A program made the translations under genes and the position numbers. The notes under the pieces were generated by a model, which had not been told where the DNA came from, did not search any database, and saw nothing but the letters and a program-made list of their open reading frames with translations. 64,000 nucleotides of DNA from Bacteroidales bacterium (GTDB lineage Bacteria > Bacteroidota > Bacteroidia > Bacteroidales > UBA1715): the NCBI GenBank assembly GCA_045615765.1, contig JAZLFM010000028.1, positions 7,728 through 71,727 of the forward strand, in the 5' to 3' direction. This document shows, one piece after another, positions 56,041 to 64,000 of the stretch (position 1 is its first letter; every line of letters starts with the position of its first letter).

Positions 56041-57333
56041 ATGTGGCAGAAGGTAAAAAAGAAAATACTGTCTGATGTTGCTGTTAATTCTGCAAAATTA
56101 CTTTCTGCCAATGTTATAACACAAATAATCGGGTTATTGGTTTATCCTATCATAACCCGATTATATACCCCTGAAGATTTTGGATTAATAAATCTTTTTC
56201 TCAGTATTGCCGGCATTCTTACCATAATATCAACGGCAGAATTCCAATACTCTATCGTTCTTCCCAAAGACGACAATAAAGCAATAGCCTGTTTGCAAAT
56301 CGGCATATGTACTACCCTGTTCACAACATTTTTTGTTTGTTGCACAATTCCATTCTCTGAATATATTTCAGAGATATTTAATACTCCAGATCTCGCCCAA
56401 TGGTATTGGGCCATACCAATTCTTGTTTTTTTATCAGCAATATGGAATCTTTTAAACTACTGGTGTACTCGTAAGAAATACTACAACGAAATATGCCAAT
56501 ATCAATGTACACAAAGCATCACAAATGCTGGCGCGAAATGTGGCTTTGGCTATATAGGATTACACAATGGCGGTTTAATACTTTCTGCAATTATTTCCCC
56601 TTTTATAGCTTTAACAACGCTATCGCATCAAGTATTCCGTAAGACAAAGCAGAATCTATTTGCCATACAAAAAGAAAACATTGCAATTGTTGCCAAAGAA
56701 TACGTTAATTTTCCAAAATATTCATTACCAAGAGCTTTAATAAATTACCTGAGCGGAAATTTACCCATACTATTATTAACTCCATTTTTCGGAATTGCAG
56801 AAACTGGATTTTTAGGACTAGCTTTAACATTAGGATTTCGTCCAATAAATATTATTTCGAATTCACTATATCAGGTGTTCTTTCAAAAAACAACCGAAAT
56901 GGTTCAGAAAAAAGAATCAATCTTACCTTTTTTTATAAAGTTTTGTAAAACTGTAGCTATATTTACAATTCCATGCTTTATTGCAACTTATATACTCCTC
57001 CCCGATATAATTTCTTTTTTATTAGGAAGCTGTTGGGAAGAAACAGCCACTCTCATTCAAATTATGTTAATCTGGTTTTGTCTTAATTCTTTTATATCTC
57101 CTATTTGCTACATTCAAGATATTTTTCAAAGACAAAAAGAATATTTATTTTTTGAGATACTTTTATTACTTGCAAGATTATTAGCAATACTTATTGGTAT
57201 TCTCTGCAATAGTTTTCATACTGCTATTATTGCTTATAGCATTAACAGTGCCTGTATTTTATCTTTACAATTATTGTGGTATTTTCGAATTATTTATCAA
57301 TATGAGCAACAATGTAAGATAAAACATTTGTAA
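56041..57333 (+). CDS. Polysaccharide flippase (Wzx family)
   Basis: PIITRLYTPEDFG motif, ~12 TM segments. Confidence 0.85.
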   Translation: MWQKVKKKILSDVAVNSAKLLSANVITQIIGLLVYPIITRLYTPEDFGLINLFLSIAGILTIISTAEFQYSIVLPKDDNKAIACLQIGICTTLFTTFFVCCTIPFSEYISEIFNTPDLAQWYWAIPILVFLSAIWNLLNYWCTRKKYYNEICQYQCTQSITNAGAKCGFGYIGLHNGGLILSAIISPFIALTTLSHQVFRKTKQNLFAIQKENIAIVAKEYVNFPKYSLPRALINYLSGNLPILLLTPFFGIAETGFLGLALTLGFRPINIISNSLYQVFFQKTTEMVQKKESILPFFIKFCKTVAIFTIPCFIATYILLPDIISFLLGSCWEETATLIQIMLIWFCLNSFISPICYIQDIFQRQKEYLFFEILLLLARLLAILIGILCNSFHTAIIAYSINSACILSLQLLWYFRIIYQYEQQCKIKHL

Positions 57334-57455
57334 TATCTTACGAGCTACGCATTTCATTTTTCAAGACTGTTTTTTGCAATATTACTAATTCTATATTTAA
57401 CTCCATTTTGTTTTACAAAGAAAATACGTATTTTTGCGTAGTTAAAACAAAGAAT

Positions 57456-59153
57456 ATGTTTGAAAAACAACGCACGATTGCACAACCGATTTCCTTCTCG
57501 GGAAAAGGTTTACATACCGGCAAAATAACAACAACGACAGTTTTACCTTCAGAAGCAAATACTGGTATTCGCTTCAAACGTATAGATTTAGAGAATACTC
57601 CTATCATCCCGGCTAATCCTGAATATGTAGTTGACACATCTCGAGGAACTGTTATTGGTATATCAAAAGAAATTTTTGTAAGCACCATAGAACATTTAAT
57701 GGCCTCTCTTCACGCATTACATGTAAACAATGCTCTTATAGAGGTTGATGGACCAGAGGTGCCTATTCTAAATGGTAGCGCAAAACCATTTTATGATGCT
57801 ATTGCACAAGTTGGTACAACAGAACAAGAGGCCAAACTTGAATATCTAGAAATCACAGAAAAAACTGTTTATACCGAACCTGAACGCGGTGTTGAAATCA
57901 TAGCCTACCCTTGCGACACTTTCCGTGTTGATGTAAAGATTAGTTATGATTCTTTTATGCTTCGCAACCAGTTTGCCAGCTTAAGCAACTTGAATGATTT
58001 CGGTAAAGAAATTGCTTGTTGCAAAACATTTTGCTTCTTCCGAGAAATAGAAATGATGCTTGCTGCAAATCTTATTAAAGGTGGTGATTTAGACAATGCT
58101 ATCGTATTCGTTGATAGAAAAGTTACTCCTGAAGAAGTAGCAAGAATGTCAAAACTTTTCCCTGGGAAAGAAATCAATATTGAAAAAGAAGGCGTTCTAA
58201 ACAACACCGAATTATCATTTGAAAACGAACCTGCACGCCATAAATTACTCGACCTTATTGGTGACTTATGGTTAGTAGGAAAACCTATAAAAGGACATAT
58301 TATAGCAACTATTCCTGGACATAAAGCAAACACGGAATTTGCTAAAATTCTTCGAAAACAAACAAAGCAAACAAACATGAATCAACCTATGGCATTCATC
58401 CATCCTAATGCAAAATTGGGAAAAGATGTTGTTGTAAGTCCATTTTCATACATATACGACGATGTTGAAATTGGAGACGGAACTATTATTGAGCCAAATG
58501 TAACAATTATGCCAGGTGCACGCATCGGTAAAAATTGTCATATTTTCCCTGGATCTGTTATCTCGGCAATTCCTCAAGATTTGAAATTTGCAGGTGAACA
58601 TACAACGACTGAGATTGGAGACAATACAATTATACGCGAATGTGTTACTATTCACCGAGGTACTGTGGATAAGATGACCACTAAAGTTGGTAAAAATTGT
58701 CTAATAATGGGCTATGTACATATCGCACACGATTGTATTGTTGGTGACAATTGTATTTTTGCAAACTACGCTGCACTTTCAGGACATTGTATAATTGGAA
58801 ACCATGTAATTATTGAAGGTAAAGCTGGTGCTCAACAATTTATGGTTGTTGGCGACCATGCATTCATTGGTGGCGGTACTTTCATCAGAAAAAATGTACC
58901 TCCTTTTGTTAAAGCTGCCGAAGAACCTATACAATATATTGGTATAAACTCTGTAGGACTTGCTCGTCGTGGTTTTTCTGAAGAAAAAATCCGCGAAATA
59001 CAAGATATCTATCGTACTATTTTCTTACAAAAAGGTATTTTAATGAAAGATGCGTTAGACGCCGTACGTCAAAATTTCCCACAATCAGAGGAACGTGACG
59101 CAATTCTTACCTTTATTGAAAATTCTCCTAACGGAATCATAAAGAAACCATAA
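57456..59153 (+). CDS. lpxC-lpxA: LpxC-LpxA fusion (UDP-3-O-acyl-GlcNAc deacetylase plus UDP-GlcNAc acyltransferase)
   Basis: GKGLHTG, TIEHLMA, HKLLDLIGD, GH motifs, then in-frame MNQPMAFIHP (58377) with hexapeptide repeats, PQDLKF, HIAHDC. Confidence 0.9.
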   Translation: MFEKQRTIAQPISFSGKGLHTGKITTTTVLPSEANTGIRFKRIDLENTPIIPANPEYVVDTSRGTVIGISKEIFVSTIEHLMASLHALHVNNALIEVDGPEVPILNGSAKPFYDAIAQVGTTEQEAKLEYLEITEKTVYTEPERGVEIIAYPCDTFRVDVKISYDSFMLRNQFASLSNLNDFGKEIACCKTFCFFREIEMMLAANLIKGGDLDNAIVFVDRKVTPEEVARMSKLFPGKEINIEKEGVLNNTELSFENEPARHKLLDLIGDLWLVGKPIKGHIIATIPGHKANTEFAKILRKQTKQTNMNQPMAFIHPNAKLGKDVVVSPFSYIYDDVEIGDGTIIEPNVTIMPGARIGKNCHIFPGSVISAIPQDLKFAGEHTTTEIGDNTIIRECVTIHRGTVDKMTTKVGKNCLIMGYVHIAHDCIVGDNCIFANYAALSGHCIIGNHVIIEGKAGAQQFMVVGDHAFIGGGTFIRKNVPPFVKAAEEPIQYIGINSVGLARRGFSEEKIREIQDIYRTIFLQKGILMKDALDAVRQNFPQSEERDAILTFIENSPNGIIKKP

Positions 59154-59155
59154 GA

Positions 59156-60178
59156 ATGACAAAGAATTTAAATATATACTTACAGCGATGTCTCCTTGGA
59201 GTTATCGCTGTTTTGTTTTTCGGAGCTTGTTCTGAATCACAAAAGACAAAAAAATATTTCGAAGTTACTGGGTTAGCCCAAGGAACCTATTATAGAGTTG
59301 TATATGAAGATACAACTTTCCGGAAAGCAGAATTCGATTCTATTTTGAAAAAATTCGACACAACTTTTAGTGTCTATATTAAAGAGTCAATGATATCTAA
59401 AATTAACAACAATGACTCTACTGTTGTTCTATCTGACCAATTTAATTACTTCATTGCTAAATCACAATTCATTGCTTCAATAACAGACAGCGTTTTCGAC
59501 ATCACCGTTGCTCCTTTGGTAAATGCATGGAAATTTGGCCCAGACTCATCCCAACATCCTGTTCCAACTCAAAAACAAATCGACAGCATTCGCACTTTTG
59601 TAGGAATGGACAAATTTTGTGTCATAAACAATCATTTTGTAAAGCAAGATCCTCGTGTTCAAATTATTGGGAATGCTATAGCTCAAGGCTATTCAACAGA
59701 CTTAATAGCCCAATATCTTGACAACTTAGGCGTAACAAACTATCTTGTGGATGTAGGTTGTGAAATGCGTTCTAAAGGCGTAAATGCCAAAGGAAAAATT
59801 TGGAACATTGGAATCACACGACCAGAGGAAGGAATAGACAACAAACCTGTAGAAGAAACATACGATGTTGTCTTACAGCTACAAGACAAATCGTTGGCAA
59901 CATCAGGGAATTATCGAAAATTCTATTACGAAGATGGTACAAAGTATTCACATACGATAAATCCCAAAACAGGACAAACTGTTCCTTCGGACTTGCTAAG
60001 TGCAACTGTTATTGCCGATGAATGTATTGAAGCTGATGCCATAGCGACTGCTTGTATGGCTATGGGAGTTGAAAAATCAAAGGCCTTTTTTCAAAAACAC
60101 CCAGAATACGAGGCTTTACTAATTTATGCTCAAGGCGACTCTTTAACTACCTACAAGACAAAAGGTATTACAAAATAA
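59156..60178 (+). CDS. apbE: FAD:protein FMN transferase ApbE, lipoprotein
   Basis: Lipobox FGAC, AQGT, FDITV-x-PL, AIAQG, ATSGNY, SHTINPKTG, ADAIAT. Confidence 0.93.
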   Translation: MTKNLNIYLQRCLLGVIAVLFFGACSESQKTKKYFEVTGLAQGTYYRVVYEDTTFRKAEFDSILKKFDTTFSVYIKESMISKINNNDSTVVLSDQFNYFIAKSQFIASITDSVFDITVAPLVNAWKFGPDSSQHPVPTQKQIDSIRTFVGMDKFCVINNHFVKQDPRVQIIGNAIAQGYSTDLIAQYLDNLGVTNYLVDVGCEMRSKGVNAKGKIWNIGITRPEEGIDNKPVEETYDVVLQLQDKSLATSGNYRKFYYEDGTKYSHTINPKTGQTVPSDLLSATVIADECIEADAIATACMAMGVEKSKAFFQKHPEYEALLIYAQGDSLTTYKTKGITK

Positions 60179-60198
60179 TACATCGTATGCATACAAAT

Positions 60199-60233
60199 AA
60201 AAAGGCTGACAACATAAATTTGTCAGCCTTTTT
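60199..60233. terminator. Bidirectional terminator apbE/htpG
   Basis: AAAAAGGCTGACAA...TTGTCAGCCTTTTT. Confidence 0.85.
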
Positions 60234-60256
60234 ATTTGGTATGTAATAGTTGTTAA

Positions 60257-62296
60257 CTATAACATGCTGATGCTTCGTTTTACAAATGATTCCAAAGCTT
60301 CACCTTTTAGCATATTATTTGAAATCAAAGCTAAGTCTATCAATTGTTTAACCTTTTGATTATCCTTTCCATAAGCAGTCAACGCATCCTGTTTTTTACG
60401 TTCTAACTCTAAAATCTGTTTAGATACAGTATCAAGTTTTTCTTTATCTGCTGCAGGAATTTCTTCTTCTTTTTTATCCTTTTTAGCTTCTTCCAATTGT
60501 GATTTTTCTGCTTTTAATGGAGCTATTTCAGAATCAACTTTATTTAAAGAATCGCCGATGCTATTTTTCTTTTCATCATTGATTTTTACAATCAAAGGAT
60601 GATTTGAATTTATAATCAAATTATAACTATCTGGAATTTGATTGTAGAAACTCATGCCAGGATTCATTTGAGCCATATCTTTCATTCTACGCATATATTC
60701 CGACTGAGTAACAATTATCGGTGCTTCTTCGGCAGAAAGATTTTCGAATTGAATCATAAATTCTGTTGCTACTTGAGATTTAAAGATTTCTTTCAAATCA
60801 TCTTTTTCCGACTGATTCAAAGCTGATTCTTGCAAGTCTTCTTTTTTAACAAGGTTCTCAATGATATCTGCATCAACACGGCTGAATGATACTTTTTCGA
60901 ATTTTTGTTCTAATTGACTTATTAAATGCGAATCCAAATGACCATCCATTAACAAGACATCATATCCTTTGTTTTTAGCTTTTTGAATATAGCTATATTG
61001 AGTTTCAGGATCATTAGCATACAAATAAATTAATGTACCATTCTTATCTGTTTGATTGTCCTTTATCAACGTCTTGTATTCTTCAAACGTGAAATATTTC
61101 CCATCCACATTTTTGAACAAAGAAAAGTCTTTTGCTCTTTCATAGAATTTTTCCTCACTTAACATTCCATAGGTGATGAACAACTTCAAATCATCCCATT
61201 TCTTTTCAAATTCTGCACGATCTGCTTTAAAGATTTCTTGTAAACGATCTGATACTTTCTTTGTAATATGACTTGATATCTTCTTTACATTTTGATCGCT
61301 TTGCAAATAACTACGAGACACATTCAATGGAATGTCTGGAGAATCCAAAACACCATGCAATAAAGTCAAAAAATCAGGAACTATTCCTTCTACTGAATCA
61401 GTTACAAATACCTGATTACAATACAACTGGATTTTATTTTTTTGAACTTCAAAGTTATTTCTGATTTTTGGGAAATATAGAATACCTGTCAAATTAAATG
61501 GATAATCTACATTTAAATGAATGTTAAACAATGGATCTTCAGCCATTGGATACAATTCCTTATAGAAATTTTGATAGTCCTCATCTTTCAAATCAGTAGG
61601 TTTTAACGTCCATGCTGGTTTTGTATTATTGATGATATTGTCTTCGTCGGTATCTACATATTTACCGTCTTTCCACTCTTGTTTTTTACCAAAAACAATT
61701 GATACCGGTAAGAACTTGCAGTATTTCTTCAAAAGTTCTTCTATTTTTTCTTTTTTAAGATACTCTTCTGAATCTGCATCGACATGAAGCACGATATCCG
61801 TTCCAACTTCTGCTTTTTCGATTTCCTCAAGAGAATAATTTGGACTACCATCGCAAGACCATTTTACAGCCTTTGCTCCTTCTTGGTACGATTTCGTAAT
61901 GATATCAACTGTACTTGCTACCATAAAAGCAGAATAGAAACCGAGACCAAAATGTCCGATAATAGCTTCTGCTTTATCTTTATATTTATCAAGAAACTCT
62001 TCCGCACCAGAGAAAGCAATCTGATTAATATATTTATCAATCTCATCTGCTGTCATACCAATACCATTATCAGAAATGGTAATTGTTTTAGCCTGTTCAT
62101 CTATAGCAACTGTAACTTTTGCAGATGTTACATCTTGCTCATATTTTCCAAGTTTTGCAAGAGTTTTTAGTTTTTGCGTAGCATCTACAGCATTTGATAC
62201 TAATTCACGCAAGAAAATTTCTTGGTCTGAATAAAGGAATTTCTTTATGACCGGGAAAATGTTTTCGGTCGTTACACCAATTTTACCTGATTGCAT
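60257..62296 (-). CDS. htpG: Chaperone HtpG (Hsp90)
   Basis: FLRELVSNAVDA, DNGIGM, IGHFGLGFYS, PLNVSRS. Confidence 0.97.
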   Translation of the reverse strand: MQSGKIGVTTENIFPVIKKFLYSDQEIFLRELVSNAVDATQKLKTLAKLGKYEQDVTSAKVTVAIDEQAKTITISDNGIGMTADEIDKYINQIAFSGAEEFLDKYKDKAEAIIGHFGLGFYSAFMVASTVDIITKSYQEGAKAVKWSCDGSPNYSLEEIEKAEVGTDIVLHVDADSEEYLKKEKIEELLKKYCKFLPVSIVFGKKQEWKDGKYVDTDEDNIINNTKPAWTLKPTDLKDEDYQNFYKELYPMAEDPLFNIHLNVDYPFNLTGILYFPKIRNNFEVQKNKIQLYCNQVFVTDSVEGIVPDFLTLLHGVLDSPDIPLNVSRSYLQSDQNVKKISSHITKKVSDRLQEIFKADRAEFEKKWDDLKLFITYGMLSEEKFYERAKDFSLFKNVDGKYFTFEEYKTLIKDNQTDKNGTLIYLYANDPETQYSYIQKAKNKGYDVLLMDGHLDSHLISQLEQKFEKVSFSRVDADIIENLVKKEDLQESALNQSEKDDLKEIFKSQVATEFMIQFENLSAEEAPIIVTQSEYMRRMKDMAQMNPGMSFYNQIPDSYNLIINSNHPLIVKINDEKKNSIGDSLNKVDSEIAPLKAEKSQLEEAKKDKKEEEIPAADKEKLDTVSKQILELERKKQDALTAYGKDNQKVKQLIDLALISNNMLKGEALESFVKRSISML

Positions 62297-62341
62297 CTTT
62301 ATATAAATTAAAAAGGTTACACAAATTTGTGTAACCTTTTG

Positions 62342-62394
62342 TCAATTTATATGCCAATAAGAAAATTTGACATTCTGTCACGACATTACTGTCA
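62342..62394 (-). promoter_or_regulatory. Putative sigma54-type promoter and tandem TGACA-TGTCA palindromes upstream of htpG
   Basis: Minus strand TGGCAT-ATAAA-TTGA (62342-62356); TGACATTCTGTCA (62368-62380) and CGACATTACTGTCA (62381-62394). Confidence 0.55.
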
Positions 62395-62405
62395 GTTGGC
62401 AGAAT

Positions 62406-63116
62406 TTATTCGTGAGGAATAGGCACAATACCAAATATACCTGAAGGTAGTGGACTATCATCCATCAAACCTGTTATAAAATCTACAGAAAACAATAGAA
62501 CAAAGAATACAACAAAAATTATGATTGCCATCTTTATAAATTGTTTTGACTCCACTTGTTTACGGATACGATCTTGTTCACGAATTGCCCAAGTGATGTT
62601 TGTGATAATTTTACCAAACATCTCCTCGTTCTTCATTATAACAAAATCAAAACTTCCCGAAGAAACAGAAGAGTTCGAAGTTATGAGCATTGCATCCAAT
62701 GTAGGATCAGCTTCCTTAATTTTATTTACACATTCTATTTCTTGCATAACTTCTTCCTGAGGAGCACCATCTGGCACAACATAGAATAAAACAATAATAG
62801 AATTATTAGGGAACTTCGATTTACCAATATATTCCTTAACGGCATTTACAGAAGCAAATGCTTTCGTTTTTTTGAAATTTTTTGATTTCTTAAGTTGTTC
62901 TTGAAGCGACGTACAATCTGCTTCAGTTCCTACAACATAGATAAAAACTTCACTAGGAGTAGTTTTAATACCCTTATTTCCTGGCTCCACAGCAGCAGTT
63001 CCAGTCTTACGGATTTGTTGAGAAATCAAATATTTTTTATTCTCTTCTGCCACGCACTCCGCTTTAAGCTTTTTTAGCTCATAGCTACGATTTTTTGTTG
63101 AACTCTGCTTTGCCAT
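62406..63116 (-). CDS. Hypothetical protein, receiver-like alpha/beta domain with C-terminal TM
   Basis: Alternating strand/helix pattern (FIYVVG, IIVLFY, AMLITS, FDFVIMK); lacks the acidic phospho-acceptor residues; hydrophobic C-terminal helix. Confidence 0.6.
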   Translation of the reverse strand: MAKQSSTKNRSYELKKLKAECVAEENKKYLISQQIRKTGTAAVEPGNKGIKTTPSEVFIYVVGTEADCTSLQEQLKKSKNFKKTKAFASVNAVKEYIGKSKFPNNSIIVLFYVVPDGAPQEEVMQEIECVNKIKEADPTLDAMLITSNSSVSSGSFDFVIMKNEEMFGKIITNITWAIREQDRIRKQVESKQFIKMAIIIFVVFFVLLFSVDFITGLMDDSPLPSGIFGIVPIPHE

Positions 63117-63332
63117 ATCTACACACTAATTTTTTGCACAATAAAGATAATTATTTTTTTCATTTAACATTTGAGAGAAAAGAAAAAAACTCATTTTTTC
63201 GGTAAAAAAAAGATTTTTTTACCTTTTTTAGTTATTAAAACACATTTAGTTACGTTTTATTGAGCGTCAAAGATAGAATTACATTACCATAAACAATTCA
63301 GAAAGATTTTGAACATTGCTAATATATAAACA

Positions 63333-63362
63333 AAAAAGGCGATGATTTTTCATCGCCTTTTT
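63333..63362. terminator. Intrinsic terminator
   Basis: AAAAAAGGCGATGA-TTT-TTCATCGCCTTTTT. Confidence 0.85.
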
Positions 63363-63382
63363 GTTATAGAGATTACAATTTC

Positions 63383-64000
63383 TTATCGCATAATTGTAAC
63401 ATCACCTTTTACATTCAAGATTCTATGTTTTCCTGTTTCTGGATCAACATCTTCACAAGTTGCTTTACAATGGTAAACATAAACATCTTGTTTACTTACA
63501 GAGCCTTTATAGACGCCATCCCATTCTCCATACAAATCTTCTGTTGACCACAATAAAGTGCCCCATCTATTGTAAACACGCAATTCATAACCAGACTCAA
63601 GTACACCAGTCTTAAATACTGGATAGAATGTGTTATTTTCAGACAAATCTGGAGTGAAAGCATTCGGGAATGTCAAACCACAATTTGGATTAGCAACAAC
63701 CTTTAACGGTTTTGTTACTTCATTTTTACATCCCCATGTATTTTCTACAACAAGTAATGTTACTTCGAAATCGCCAACTTCATCATATTCATAAACAGCA
63801 TCACGAGAGTTTTCTGTAAACACACCGTCACCAATGAAATCCCAGAAATAATCATATCCTTGTTTATGAGGAGTCAAGTTAGTAAATGTAACATCTTTAT
63901 CTACAAAAATGCTATCTGTATGACGAACAACACCTTCTTCAACAAAGAACACATCTTCACTTGCAACATAAGTGAAATCTGCTTCAGGAGTTGGATGGAT
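63383..64000 (-). CDS. C-terminal part of a PKD-domain protein with gliding-motility/T9SS type B CTD (continues beyond the window)
   Basis: YFWDF-x-GDG PKD motif, FPNAFTP, VYNRWG, WDG, DVYVY, KGDVT. Confidence 0.88.
   Translation of the reverse strand: MHPTPEADFTYVASEDVFFVEEGVVRHTDSIFVDKDVTFTNLTPHKQGYDYFWDFIGDGVFTENSRDAVYEYDEVGDFEVTLLVVENTWGCKNEVTKPLKVVANPNCGLTFPNAFTPDLSENNTFYPVFKTGVLESGYELRVYNRWGTLLWSTEDLYGEWDGVYKGSVSKQDVYVYHCKATCEDVDPETGKHRILNVKGDVTIMR

Noticed and set aside
734-63077. Numerous 60-190 aa ORFs antisense to or nested in larger genes
   Set aside because: Shadow frames of well-supported genes with no independent motifs.

Overview
AT-rich Bacteroidota (Bacteroidales-like) chromosome: TAnnTTTG -7 promoter boxes, T9SS-type C-terminal domains and typical housekeeping genes (ftsH, rsfS, folE, dtd, trpS, rsgA, nspC, gdhA, nadE, HU, recQ, kdsD, htpG). 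A stress/defence region at ~8.4-27.7 kb holds four blocks. (i) A SLOG/ankyrin operon. (ii) A very AT-rich array of five unrelated effector-like genes that all begin with the same leader, M[SN]LKK(IFD), encoded by near-identical DNA; their bodies are a PRTase, two DUF4160-like proteins, a HigB/Gp49 toxin fused to an antitoxin-like peptide, and an unknown protein. The promoters of blocks i and ii carry the same 20-bp palindrome-cored motif. (iii) A WYL-regulated RNA-repair locus: tRNA-Arg, tRNA-Glu, two RtcB ligases and an ArfA-like basic peptide. (iv) An R-M island with two EcoRV-like endonucleases and two adenine methyltransferases. A second accessory region (33-43 kb) has an SPFH/GYF_2 cluster, an AbiF HEPN gene with an upstream structured RNA, and a secreted caspase plus TPR-CHAT module. 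LpxC is fused directly to LpxA with no FabZ domain. The best candidate for an undescribed system is the shared-leader effector array at 10.2-14.6 kb. All family assignments come from motif recognition by eye; no database search was run.
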